In this document: piece by piece, positions 1 through 9,782 of the stretch
Layout of the letters: each line of letters starts with the position of its first letter
How positions within the stretch are numbered: position 1 is the first letter of the stretch
From: Acidobacteriota bacterium
GTDB taxonomy: Bacteria > Acidobacteriota > Thermoanaerobaculia > Gp7-AA8
Direction: 5' to 3'
Length of the DNA stretch: 64,000 bases
Assembly: GCA_019244185.1 (NCBI GenBank)
Contig: JAFATB010000026.1
Span: 32,001-96,000, forward strand
Position numbers and translations under genes: made by a program
The notes under the pieces: generated by a model
Database searches by the model: none
Seen by the model: the letters and a program-made list of their open reading frames with translations, nothing else
What the model was told of the DNA's origin: nothing

Positions 1-411
1 GGCCCAGCCGTGGCCGGAGAAACGCAGTGCTTCGTCGTCGCCGACGCGCACGAGGAAGCAATCCCACGCGACGATGGTGTCGTCCGCATCGGACGCGCGC
101 AGCGCGTCGACGCCGCGTTGCATGAACGCGGGGAGGTAGTAATCGTCGTCGTCGATTTTCTGCATGAAGGCGCCGCGCGAAGTTTCCGCCGCGCGATTGA
201 GGCACGTGCCGAGGGGCGTGTCGGGATCGACGCGCAGGTAGCGAACGCCTTCGCGTCCGGCGCAGAGGTCTTCGACCGGCTCGTCGCTGCCGTCGGCGAC
301 GACGAGCTCGCGATGCGGATACGTCTGCCGCGCGAAGCAGTCGAGCGTCCGGAGAAAAAACGCGCGGCGGTTGCGCGTGGCCACGATCCAGGAGACGAGC
401 GGCGTGTCCAT
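1..411 (-). CDS. Glycosyltransferase family 2 (runs off left edge; not in ORF track)
   Basis: Manual translation from the ATG at 411 gives MDTPLVSWIVATRNRRAFFLRTLDCFARQTYPHRELVVADG...MQKIDDDDYY, a typical GT-A N-terminus plus DxD motif. It starts 5 nt after the upstream GT stop. Confidence 0.85.
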   Translation of the reverse strand, partial: MDTPLVSWIVATRNRRAFFLRTLDCFARQTYPHRELVVADGSDEPVEDLCAGREGVRYLRVDPDTPLGTCLNRAAETSRGAFMQKIDDDDYYLPAFMQRGVDALRASDADDTIVAWDCFLVRVGDDEALRFSGHGWA

Positions 412-416
412 TGACG

Positions 417-2624
417 TCAGGTGTTGGCCGCGGCGTGCATGCGCGTGGCGTTCGCGTAGGCTTCGAGCCATTCCGGGCGGAAGCCCGGCGGCGGCGCGGA
501 CTCGCTCCAGCCGCTCGGGCTGAGGAACGTCCCCGCGTCGAAGCGCCACGTGTTTTTTCCGTGGCGGACGTAGACGAAGAGATCGCCGCGATCGTCGACA
601 CGCAGCAGGCGCTGGCCGCGGCGCAGCGCCTGGCGGAGAAACGCCGCGTCCTCGCCGAGGTTGATTTCGGGGAAGCGGATGCCGTTGCTCCAGATCGAGC
701 GGCGGAAGACGACCGTGCCGCCGGTGACGTCGCCGGCGAACATCGTCCGATGCAGCGAGCCGCTCACGGTCCAGTACTTTCGCTGCGGCAGCTCGAGCAC
801 GAAACGGTTCACGAGCCCCGTGACGTCGGCGTCGCCGTTGAGAATCGGCGCGACCTGGCGCTCGAGCCGGCGGTCGCCGTACCAGTCATCGTCGTCCCAC
901 AGCGCCACGATCTCGCCGCGCGCTTCCGAGCAGCCGACGTTGCGTTTCGCGCCGATGCTCGTGCGCTTGCCGACATGGATGTAGCGGATCGCGGGTTGCT
1001 CGGCGAGCAGCTCGCCGACGTGGTCGTCGCCGTCGTCGATCACAATCAGCTCGCGCGTCGGATACGTCTGCCGCCGGAAGCACGCCAGCGCGAGCGGGAT
1101 GAACGCGCGGCGGCGGAACGTCGGCATGACGCACGAGACCAGCGGGCGGCTCGGCGGCGAGCCGGCGGCGATGAGATCGCGCACGCGCTCCACGCGCTCG
1201 GCCGACCAGAACATGCCGCGCGTTTCTTTCGGACTGACGTTGCCCGGATGTACGGCGGCGACGAAGAGCGTCGGGTCTTTGAGATCGGCGATCTTCGCGT
1301 GACGCGTGCGCCAGAGGAACTGCGTGTCTTCGCCGACCTGCACGTCGACGAAGCGATTGCGCTCCCAGAACGCGCGGCGATAGAGCATGGTCGTGCCGGC
1401 GACCCACGTCGCCGTGCCGCCGGAGTAGCGATACAGATACGCGCTCTCGTGCGCGCGGTCGTAGAAATAGAGCACGCTGCTGCCGCAGATGTCGGCGTTG
1501 CGCTCGCGCAATGCGGCGACCTGCACGCGCACGCGCGACGGCGGATACCAGTCGTCGTCGTCGAAGTGCGCGATGAGCGCGCCGCGCGCCTGTTCGCACG
1601 CGAAGTTGCGTTTCGCGCCGACGGTGAGGCGCGAGGGGAGGCGGAAGTAGCGGATGCGCGGATCGTCGGGAATCAGATCACCGACGGCGTCGGTGCCGTC
1701 GTCGATGACCAGGAGCTCGACATTCGGATAGTCCTGCGCGAGGAAGCCGCGGATCGCGTCGGGCACGAACGCGCGCCGGTCGTGCGTCGGCATGATGCAG
1801 CTGACGAGCGGCAGGTCGGCGTCGAGCTGCGTGCCCGGCGGCGGCGCGAAGTTCGGACACGCATCGCCGCGGCAGTGCGCGCGGTAGTCGCGCTTCTCGC
1901 CGCGCAGCCGCGCGCCGCAGAACTTGTCCTGATAGCGGCGCTTGTTCGCCTCGAACCGCGCGGACTCCTCCCGCGCGCGCTGCGGCGTCACCGGCGCACG
2001 CCAGACGTACGCGCCGCAAACCCACAAGCCGTCGAAGCCCGCGCGTGCGGCGCGGACGTTGAAGTCCATCTCCCAGCACGGCCCGTTGCCATACGACTCG
2101 TCCGCGCCGCCGATCGCCTCCCACGCCTCGCGTTTCACGGCGTAGCAGAAGTCGCCGAGCGAATGGAGCGGCGCGAGCGAGCGGGTAAGCGTGCCGAAGC
2201 GGGAGGCGGCGTCGCGCGCGGTTTCGTCGACGTTCTCCGAGGTCGCGTCGCCGAACAAGCCCTGCTCGTTCCAGTGCCGGTTCGTCGACGGGCCAGCGAG
2301 ACCGGCGCGCGGCGAAGATTCGAGCGCGGCGAGGAGTTGCTCGATGCAGCGCGGGCCGACGAGCGCGCCGGGCTCGAGGAAAATCACGATTGCGGCGTCG
2401 GTGCTTCGCACGAAGCGATTGAACGCAGCGGCTCTTCCGCGGCTCTCATCCGGCAGCACGCGATGTTCGAGCGCGGTCAACGTGCGGCGTGTCTCGGCAT
2501 CCGCGCCGTCGGGGATCACGATCAGCTCGTGCGGAAGCGGCGTATTTCGCGCGATGCTGGCCAGCGTCGCCAGCAAGCGGTCGGGATCGGTCTGAACATG
2601 AGCTCCGATGGCGATCTTCTGCAT
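417..2624 (-). CDS. Multi-domain glycosyltransferase family 2 (three GT-A modules)
   Basis: Two repeats of PLVSC(I/V)MPT..RRAF....QxYP..ELxVIDDG...GAKRN...(F/W)DDDDWY, plus an N-terminal GT2-like module (GGADESYG..WEMDFNVRA). Confidence 0.9.
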   Translation of the reverse strand: MQKIAIGAHVQTDPDRLLATLASIARNTPLPHELIVIPDGADAETRRTLTALEHRVLPDESRGRAAAFNRFVRSTDAAIVIFLEPGALVGPRCIEQLLAALESSPRAGLAGPSTNRHWNEQGLFGDATSENVDETARDAASRFGTLTRSLAPLHSLGDFCYAVKREAWEAIGGADESYGNGPCWEMDFNVRAARAGFDGLWVCGAYVWRAPVTPQRAREESARFEANKRRYQDKFCGARLRGEKRDYRAHCRGDACPNFAPPPGTQLDADLPLVSCIMPTHDRRAFVPDAIRGFLAQDYPNVELLVIDDGTDAVGDLIPDDPRIRYFRLPSRLTVGAKRNFACEQARGALIAHFDDDDWYPPSRVRVQVAALRERNADICGSSVLYFYDRAHESAYLYRYSGGTATWVAGTTMLYRRAFWERNRFVDVQVGEDTQFLWRTRHAKIADLKDPTLFVAAVHPGNVSPKETRGMFWSAERVERVRDLIAAGSPPSRPLVSCVMPTFRRRAFIPLALACFRRQTYPTRELIVIDDGDDHVGELLAEQPAIRYIHVGKRTSIGAKRNVGCSEARGEIVALWDDDDWYGDRRLERQVAPILNGDADVTGLVNRFVLELPQRKYWTVSGSLHRTMFAGDVTGGTVVFRRSIWSNGIRFPEINLGEDAAFLRQALRRGQRLLRVDDRGDLFVYVRHGKNTWRFDAGTFLSPSGWSESAPPPGFRPEWLEAYANATRMHAAANT

Positions 2625-2642
2625 GGCCGTTCGTTCCGTCCA

Positions 2643-3362
2643 TCAGGTGAAAAAAAGAACGTCGCACGTTGGCGAGCCCGCCGCGCCGCGGCGGAACGTG
2701 AACTCGAATAGCGCGTACAGCGACACGAGATCGGCGAGACCGCGGGAGCGTGACAGCATCACCTGTGGAACGAAGTCGACGAAGCCTCGCCAGAACAGTG
2801 CATGCGCGGTCACCGCGGGCAATCCGCGCACATCGCGCAACAGCGCGCCGAAGACGCTCGAGCTGTCGACGGGGAGGTCACCTGCGAGCGTCTCCGTGAA
2901 GGGCTCAGCGGCTTCGAACGTCGAGGTGTCGCCGGCTGCACGGCGTTCCCATTCCGGTGCGCACGACGGGTTGCCGGCGATGAGGTCGTGATGGATCTGC
3001 TGCGCGGGAGAGCCATCCACCGCCACTTCGCGGAGGAAATACTGAAAGAGAAAGCGCTCCGCCATTTCGTCGATGGGGTAGGCGATGAAGCGCCTGCATG
3101 GCGTGTCGGGTGCGAAGCAGTCGGCGCAGTCGCCGGCGGCCTGCTCGAACTCGTTCAACGTCTCGACGAGCGAGAGATACGAAACCTCGGCGTCACTCTC
3201 GCCCGGCACCTGCAGCACGAACGTTTCCCGCTGTTTTGGGTCCGGCACCATGCTTTCCGCGGCGCGGCGATAGGCCTGCAGCTTCATCACGCCGGCCCAC
3301 TCTTCCTCCGACATCTGGGCCTGCAGTCCGCAGCCGAACCAACTGATCACGTCGATTCCCAA
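2643..3362 (-). CDS. Hypothetical protein with CxxC-x6-C motif; candidate toxin-associated/immunity protein
   Basis: Open frame. The TTG start at 3362 (MGIDVISWFGCG) follows an AGAGG RBS-like sequence right after the upstream stop. Contains CADCFAPDTPC. Start uncertain. Confidence 0.6.
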   Translation of the reverse strand: MGIDVISWFGCGLQAQMSEEEWAGVMKLQAYRRAAESMVPDPKQRETFVLQVPGESDAEVSYLSLVETLNEFEQAAGDCADCFAPDTPCRRFIAYPIDEMAERFLFQYFLREVAVDGSPAQQIHHDLIAGNPSCAPEWERRAAGDTSTFEAAEPFTETLAGDLPVDSSSVFGALLRDVRGLPAVTAHALFWRGFVDFVPQVMLSRSRGLADLVSLYALFEFTFRRGAAGSPTCDVLFFT

Positions 3363-3370
3363 CGTTCCTC

Positions 3371-4381
3371 CTACTGTTCCACCGTCAGCTCGTTGCGGCA
3401 GCCGATGCCGCGGAGTTGCTGGCGCGCACAGTCCCACGCGGCGTCGACGCGCTGCCGCAGAAACTGCTCGTGCTCCTTCGCGAGTGCGATCGTGGGGGCC
3501 AGTTGCAAAACGGTCGTGCACGTGCCGCCCGCCAGTGCCTTTTTGATCGAGCTCGCGTTTTTACGGCGCGCCGGTCGCAGGAGCTCGGCGGTCAGATGTT
3601 TCGAAAGGAAGCGAGTGACCGGCGCGGCGGGATCGCACCCCGCGTCGAAGGTTCCCTCGCCGGAGATCTCCAATTGCAACGAGCACGCGGTGTCGTCGAT
3701 GCCTTCCAGTCGCGGGCCATCGCAGGTGAAACGAGGTTGGTCGCCGGCGAACAAGAGCTCGTCCGTGACCGCGAGACGATCGTGCAGTAATTCGCGAGCG
3801 GTGGTTTTGGCGCGGCGCGCGATGGTTGCGAGCGCGCAGACGAGCGGCGCGACCGTCACGGCATCGCGGCGCACGAGATTGCTCTGAACGGCGAGCGCCA
3901 CCGCATTCGCGGCCATTTCCACTTGCCCCGGCTCGGTGCGGAGAAGCGACAGCATCTCGAACAGGTACACCTGTTCGGTCTCGCGATACGGGCGCGCGAG
4001 CGCTGCCTCGATCCAGCGTTGCCGTTCGTCTTTTCCGCGCGTCATCGCGACGGCGAGACCGGCCATCGTGACGTCGATGCTCTCCGCGGCCTGATCGATG
4101 GGCGGATCGAGCTTCCGCAGTTCGTCCGACGCATCGCGCCCGGCCAGCTCGCGGAAGGCGAGCAGTTCGATGTGGTCGACCGCGGAAGCGCCTTCCTGCG
4201 CAACCGCCTCTTCTGCCGCCGCTTCGTTCCAGCCTGCCGGCAGCGGCTCCGATTGTCCGGTGAGCACGCGAAACGCGGCCATCGCGAAAAGGTTCCACGT
4301 CTGCGGCGCGGTGGCCGGCTTGACGACCTTTTCGAATCCGGTGGCCAGCTTCGCGATCAGCTCTTTTTTTCGTTTCATCAA
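3371..4381 (-). CDS. Helical hypothetical protein, candidate immunity protein
   Basis: ATGA overlap with the toxin-like gene stop. 336 aa, Ala/Leu/Glu-rich, no recognisable motif. Confidence 0.65.
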   Translation of the reverse strand: MMKRKKELIAKLATGFEKVVKPATAPQTWNLFAMAAFRVLTGQSEPLPAGWNEAAAEEAVAQEGASAVDHIELLAFRELAGRDASDELRKLDPPIDQAAESIDVTMAGLAVAMTRGKDERQRWIEAALARPYRETEQVYLFEMLSLLRTEPGQVEMAANAVALAVQSNLVRRDAVTVAPLVCALATIARRAKTTARELLHDRLAVTDELLFAGDQPRFTCDGPRLEGIDDTACSLQLEISGEGTFDAGCDPAAPVTRFLSKHLTAELLRPARRKNASSIKKALAGGTCTTVLQLAPTIALAKEHEQFLRQRVDAAWDCARQQLRGIGCRNELTVEQ

Positions 4382-7300
4382 TTTGCCTTCGTCTTGATTT
4401 CGGCATCGCGGATGTTCGCCGCGACCGCGCCGCGGGCGCTGCGGAGCCGCGCCACGAGCGCCTGCAGCAACGCGACCGCCGCCGCTTTTGCGTCATCGGA
4501 GAATTTTGCGTTCCTGCGCATCTCCACGGTGATCTGCAACGTTCCTGCTTGCCCGCTCTTCAGCTGAGCGACGATCGCGGCGATCTCCGGCGGCATGTCT
4601 TCGCCAATGATGCCGAGCATCTTCGCGAAATTCTTGTCGAAGTTCTCCGTGATTCCGGAGAGCTTGTTTTCCAGCGGCTTGCCGCGTTCGAGCGCGGCGG
4701 TGCCGGCCACGATTGCGGCGGCATTCGCTTTCAGCGCCTCGATTGGCTTGCCGTGGCCGACCGGAACGGGGATGGCCTTCTTTCCGGCGGGGATGCCGGT
4801 GTTGCCGCTGCGGCGGGCGATGATGGGCATGGTCTTGTTGAGCTTCGCGCCGCCTTTGAGCTCGAAGATTTCCAGCATGTACGTCTCGTTGCCGGCGGCG
4901 TCGCGGATGATGTGCAGAAACGCGGCGTCGATGCCTTTGCCGCTCTGTGCATCTCCGCCCTTCGTCGGCAACACGATTCCGCCGCCGGCCGCCGCGAGCA
5001 CCTGCAACTCGGCGCGCTTGACGGCTTCGATGGCATCGCCGACCGCCGTGTTCGTGCCCTTCGCTTTGATCACCGCATCGAGCTGCGCGACGGCGTCCGC
5101 CAGCTCCTTCTCGGCGACGTCTTTCGCTTTCTTCAGCTTGTCTGCCACCGACGTGAGGTTGAGCGCCTCGGTCGTCTCGGTCTTTTCCGGATTGACCTTG
5201 CCACGAACGCCCCACTTCTTTCCCTGCTCCACCAGCTCGAGCGACTGCAGCCCGTAGCGGATGCGGATGGCGGCGAGGATCGGCTTGAGGATCTTGCTGC
5301 CCACGCCTTTACCCGCGAAGCGCGCAACCGCGCCTTTCGAAGCCTGCATGGCGTCGTCGAGCTGTTTCTGTTTCGCCTCGGGCGCCGTACCCCCCTTCCC
5401 GAACAGCTTCTTTACGAACGCCACGATCTTTGCGATGGCCTTGTCGATCGCGGCGTCGACCTTCGCCTGCACTTTGGCGATGAAGTCGCGGATCTTCTGG
5501 GCGATGCCGCCGAGGCCGATCAGTCGGGCGAGGAAGCCGATGAGGATCGGGACGGCGTTGCCGAGAGCTTGTTCGACGCGCTTGATGGCGCCGCCGATGG
5601 CGCCGGTGGCGATGGCGTGGATCGAGTTGATGACGCTCTCGACGAACTCCATGATCTGCGCGGCGCGCTCGACCACGAACATGACGATGTTGTAGATCGC
5701 CATGATGGCCTGCACGATGGCGCCGGCCGGGTTGAACATCGAGAGGATCTTCGTCACGGCCTGCTTGACGATCGTGTCGATGATCCACGTCTTGATGGCC
5801 TCGATGACCATGTCCTTGAGGTTCGACAGGTCGGTCTTGACCTGTTCCCACAGCGCCGCGGGGCCGCCGCGGATGAGGATCAGGACGTACTCGATCACCT
5901 TCTCGATGATCTTCATGTTCCGCTCGCCGATGAGCTTCACGGCCTTCGCGCGCATGCTCGCCGCGCTGATGCCGAGGACGCCCATGACGAGCTTGAAGAT
6001 CGAGACGAGCGAGAGGTCCGCGGGGATCTCGACGCCCGGCGGGAGGTTGCCGAACAGCCATTTCTTGAAGCCGTTCGAAAGGTGCTGCTTGATGTTGCCG
6101 ACGAAGGCGCTGATGCCGCCCTTCACGGCGCTGATCAGATTGCCGAGGAAGCCGAGCGGGTCGGCGATGATCAGCTTGATCGTGTCCTCGCCCTTCTGGA
6201 GGATCGCCTGCAGCCGCGCCTTGAACTCGAGGATGGCCTTGAGCACTTCGCCGAGTTTTTCGGCGAACGCCTGCACGAGTCCCTTGTTCTCGTCCTGAAT
6301 CGCCTTGAGCGCTTCGTTGGCTTTGTCGAAGCCCTCCTTGTATTTCTGGGCGAGCGACTGCGCGAGGGAGTTCTTCTTCTCCTCGATCCCTTTCTCGAGC
6401 TCCTGGAAGCGGTTGTTGACGTCGGACGCGGCCTGCTGCGCGAACTGCTGCAGGTCTTTCGGCTGACTGGCGACGTACGCTTTAATGTCGGCCTGACCCT
6501 TCGCGACTTCCTGCTTCGCTTCCTTGAGCCGCTGCTCGACGAGGTTCGCCACGCGCACGATGAGCGCGTCCATCAGCCCCTGGAAGAGCGCGCGTCCCGC
6601 GTCGTAGATGACGTTCACTTCATCGGGCAGACCTTTGAACTGATCGCGGACCCACGCGGCGAGGCCGAGGAGCGGAATGGAGAGGTAGCGGCGGATCTTG
6701 AAGTCGCGGATCTTCGCGTTGACGAAGTTCGTCATCGCGGTGAGGGCCGCATCGACGCCGCGGTCGAAGATGCCGTTCACTTCGCCGTCGATGGCGGCGA
6801 GCTTCGCGTCGACGCGCGCCTTGGTGGCGTTGTAGATCGACTCGATCTTGTCGGTGACTTCCTTGCGCTTGGCCTCGTCTTTCGCTTTCTGTTGCTGCTG
6901 GCGGGTGAGGACTTTCGCGTTACCGCCGGCTTTCACGCCGACCATCGCGGCGGCGCCCGCGCGCGTGGCGCTCGTCGCGCCGGAGACGGTCGCGGTGAGC
7001 GTGGCTTTCTCGGCGGCGCGGTATTTTCCGGGACCGCTGTCGGCGTTCTGCGCGACCTGGGTCTTCGCGTCGAGCACGGCGGAGAAGCGCGGATCGTTCG
7101 CCTTCTTGAGCTGCGTCGGCGTGACTTCCGCGTCTTTCAGCTGCGCGTCGGTGTCCTGCTTCGAATCCTGGAGCGAGACGTCGGCGTCGCTCTTCGGCGC
7201 CGGCATGCCTTCGGCGGAGTTGACGTTCGGCGCGGGCGGCGCGCCTTCAGGCGGCAGCGGCTTCTCGGCCTTCGCGTCGCCGGACGGCGCGGGCGCCGCT

Positions 7301-7713
7301 TTCGACGCGCCGGAAACGTCCTGCGTCGACTTGTCTTTCTGCTGCGAGACGTTGCCTTTGAGACCGCCTTTCATCTGCTGCGCGGTCTGGTCGAAGTTCT
7401 CGGTCTCGCCGAGGTTCTTCGGCATCGCCTTCGCGATCTCGGCGCGGAGGATGGCCAGGAAGGAGCTCTGTTCGGGCTTGCCTTCCTTCGCCTCTTTGAT
7501 CTTGTCGACCTGCTTCGCCTTGCCGCCGGCGAGCTTCTCGTTCGGCGGACCTTTCGACGCGGCCGCGGCGTCGGCGGCTTTCTTCGAGGCCGGCGGATGC
7601 GTCTTCGTTTTCGCCGCGCCTTGTTTGAGCTGCTCCATGACGCGCCGGTAGCGCGGATCGGATTCCGGCGACGGCTTCGGCAGCGGCTTGCGGCGAAGAG
7701 CGGCTCCGGGCAT
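4378..7713 (-). CDS. eCIS-associated polymorphic toxin-like effector: long coiled-coil/hydrophobic carrier plus PD-(D/E)xK-like C-terminal domain
   Basis: Start MPGAALRRK at 7713, 2 nt after the ATPase stop. Core KILSMFNPAGAIVQAIMAIYNIVMF resembles eCIS cargo/phage-tail-like proteins. Linker ...GKVNP is followed by GKGIDAAF...LEIFELKGG. Confidence 0.7.
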   Translation of the reverse strand: MPGAALRRKPLPKPSPESDPRYRRVMEQLKQGAAKTKTHPPASKKAADAAAASKGPPNEKLAGGKAKQVDKIKEAKEGKPEQSSFLAILRAEIAKAMPKNLGETENFDQTAQQMKGGLKGNVSQQKDKSTQDVSGASKAAPAPSGDAKAEKPLPPEGAPPAPNVNSAEGMPAPKSDADVSLQDSKQDTDAQLKDAEVTPTQLKKANDPRFSAVLDAKTQVAQNADSGPGKYRAAEKATLTATVSGATSATRAGAAAMVGVKAGGNAKVLTRQQQQKAKDEAKRKEVTDKIESIYNATKARVDAKLAAIDGEVNGIFDRGVDAALTAMTNFVNAKIRDFKIRRYLSIPLLGLAAWVRDQFKGLPDEVNVIYDAGRALFQGLMDALIVRVANLVEQRLKEAKQEVAKGQADIKAYVASQPKDLQQFAQQAASDVNNRFQELEKGIEEKKNSLAQSLAQKYKEGFDKANEALKAIQDENKGLVQAFAEKLGEVLKAILEFKARLQAILQKGEDTIKLIIADPLGFLGNLISAVKGGISAFVGNIKQHLSNGFKKWLFGNLPPGVEIPADLSLVSIFKLVMGVLGISAASMRAKAVKLIGERNMKIIEKVIEYVLILIRGGPAALWEQVKTDLSNLKDMVIEAIKTWIIDTIVKQAVTKILSMFNPAGAIVQAIMAIYNIVMFVVERAAQIMEFVESVINSIHAIATGAIGGAIKRVEQALGNAVPILIGFLARLIGLGGIAQKIRDFIAKVQAKVDAAIDKAIAKIVAFVKKLFGKGGTAPEAKQKQLDDAMQASKGAVARFAGKGVGSKILKPILAAIRIRYGLQSLELVEQGKKWGVRGKVNPEKTETTEALNLTSVADKLKKAKDVAEKELADAVAQLDAVIKAKGTNTAVGDAIEAVKRAELQVLAAAGGGIVLPTKGGDAQSGKGIDAAFLHIIRDAAGNETYMLEIFELKGGAKLNKTMPIIARRSGNTGIPAGKKAIPVPVGHGKPIEALKANAAAIVAGTAALERGKPLENKLSGITENFDKNFAKMLGIIGEDMPPEIAAIVAQLKSGQAGTLQITVEMRRNAKFSDDAKAAAVALLQALVARLRSARGAVAANIRDAEIKTKAN

Positions 7714-7715
7714 GG

Positions 7716-9782
7716 TCAGGTTCCTGGCGGGAGCGGGCAGACCGCGCCGCTCTTGCGATACTCGCGTTGCAGGCCGCTGGCGACGTCGCGCGTGGCGACG
7801 CGGCGGCCGTCGTCGAGCGCGAGGAGCGACGCGTGCAGGACGGCGTTGCGGATCTGACCGCCGGTGAGCTCGCAGCGCACGGCTGCGTCCTGCAGCCACG
7901 CGTGCTCGACGTCGTGTTCGAGCGGCAGATGCAGTTGCCAGATCGTCCAGCGGTCGTGCGGGTCGGGCATGTGGAAGTCGACGACGACATCCATGCGGCG
8001 CTGAAATGCGGAGTCGATCCGATTCGCGGCGTTGGTCGTGACCACGAGCACGCCTTCGAACGATTCGAGGCGCTGCAGGAGGAAGTTCGTCTCGAGATTC
8101 GCGTAGCGATCGTTCGAGCTCTGCACCGCGGTGCGGCTCGTGAGCAGCGCGTCGCCTTCGTCGAGCAGCAGCACGACGTCGAGCTCCTCGGCGCGCGAGA
8201 AGAGTTGATCAAGGCTCTTCTCCGTTTCGCCGATGTACTTGTTGACGACCGACGCGAGGTCGAGACGATAGAGATCCATCTGCAGCGTCGACGCGAGGAT
8301 GCGCGCGGCCATGGTTTTGCCCGTGCCGCTCGGCCCCGCGAAAAGCGCGCGCACGCCGCAGTTGAGCTGTCGCGCGAGCGCGCGTCCGACGTGCTCGCGC
8401 AATGCCTCGCGGTTGCGGCAGCGCGTCTCGAGGTTGCGCAGCTCACCCAATGTCGATTCGGAGGCGCCGATGCTTTCCCAGCCGCCGGACGCGGGGAGCA
8501 GCGTCGCCAGCGTTTCGAGCTCGCGATGCATCGAGCGTCCGGCGACGCGCACGTCGTCCGGCGTGATGCGCGTGCGCTCGTCGAGCAATGCGTACGAGCG
8601 CGCGAGCGCTGCGGCGGAGCGGATGTTGCCGCTGGTCATGCGGAAGCGGCGCGCGAGATGCTCGACGTCCTCGGCATCGTGCGCGTCGACGGACTGCTCC
8701 CACAGCGCGCGTCGTTCGTGCGCATCGGGCATGTCGACGTTGATCGTGATCGCGCCGTCGACCGCTCGTCCGGAGACGGCGCCGTGCTTGCCGAGAACGA
8801 CGGCGATGGGGCCGTCGTAGCCGCGCAGCGGCGGGACGTCGGCGGTCTCGCCGAGCCCGAGGTCGAGGACGAGCATCGGGATTGCGTGCGCGAGCGTGGC
8901 CAGCGCGCCGGCGATGGCGACGCGCGCGTCGTCCAAACGCAACGGTCCGCGCAGCTCGAGCACGCCGCGGCCGAGCGCGGCGGCGATCGCGCGCACGAGC
9001 GTGCGGCGCCCGTTGTGGCGCGGGCCGCGCACGATGAACGCGCGCACGTCGCCGGAGGCGAGGAGCGCCGGCGCGGCGGCGGCGGCGCGGCGCGTGTTCG
9101 CGGGAAGCACGAGCGCGTCGAGACTTCCGAGCTCGTGCGGCGGAATGTAGGTGAGGCCGGGCGCGGGCGCGCGCAAGATGTCGCCGCGGATCGCGTCCCA
9201 CACCGCGGGCAGGCTTTGAAAGACCCACTGCAAGCGCGGCGCGTCGGCGTTGATGACCTGAATGAGGCCGTTGTCGAGGAGCACGCGGATGCATTCGCGC
9301 ACGGGCGCGACGTCATCGCCGCCGCGCCACCACGCGGTGAGCAGGCCGAGCGTCGGACGATGCTGCTGCGGCGTCACCGGCTGCGCGCATTCGATGACGA
9401 AGCCGAAGCGCGGGTCTTCTTCGATGAGGCCGATGGCGAAGAGCAGCGTGAGGTCGCGGTCGTCGAGGTCGAGCGCGTGCCGCAGCGCGCGGATGGGGAG
9501 ATGCGCGTCGACGCCGAGCTCCCACTGGCGGACGCGCGCGAGCCAGTCGTGCGCGGGTGTCGTTGGCGTCGCGCCGAGCGTTTCGAGCTCGTCGAGATAG
9601 GCGCGGAGAAATGGGAACTGTTCGATGACCTCGTCGAGTCCGCCGAGGTTGTGCGCGAGCTGGTCGACGACATGCAGGACCGCGCCGAGGAAGCAGAGCT
9701 TGAAGTGCGCGGCCGCGTTGCGCGGGAGCGTGGCGAAGGTGCCGGCGGACGCGTGCGCGTCAATCGAAGTGGAAGGCGACAT
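7716..9782 (-). CDS. eCIS AAA+ ATPase (Afp15/Pvc15-like)
   Basis: Walker A GPSGTGKT, DLASVVNKYIGETEK, Walker B LLLDEGD, SSNDRYANLETNFLLQR and IDSAFQRR. Start taken at ATG 9782. Confidence 0.92.
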   Translation of the reverse strand: MSPSTSIDAHASAGTFATLPRNAAAHFKLCFLGAVLHVVDQLAHNLGGLDEVIEQFPFLRAYLDELETLGATPTTPAHDWLARVRQWELGVDAHLPIRALRHALDLDDRDLTLLFAIGLIEEDPRFGFVIECAQPVTPQQHRPTLGLLTAWWRGGDDVAPVRECIRVLLDNGLIQVINADAPRLQWVFQSLPAVWDAIRGDILRAPAPGLTYIPPHELGSLDALVLPANTRRAAAAAPALLASGDVRAFIVRGPRHNGRRTLVRAIAAALGRGVLELRGPLRLDDARVAIAGALATLAHAIPMLVLDLGLGETADVPPLRGYDGPIAVVLGKHGAVSGRAVDGAITINVDMPDAHERRALWEQSVDAHDAEDVEHLARRFRMTSGNIRSAAALARSYALLDERTRITPDDVRVAGRSMHRELETLATLLPASGGWESIGASESTLGELRNLETRCRNREALREHVGRALARQLNCGVRALFAGPSGTGKTMAARILASTLQMDLYRLDLASVVNKYIGETEKSLDQLFSRAEELDVVLLLDEGDALLTSRTAVQSSNDRYANLETNFLLQRLESFEGVLVVTTNAANRIDSAFQRRMDVVVDFHMPDPHDRWTIWQLHLPLEHDVEHAWLQDAAVRCELTGGQIRNAVLHASLLALDDGRRVATRDVASGLQREYRKSGAVCPLPPGT

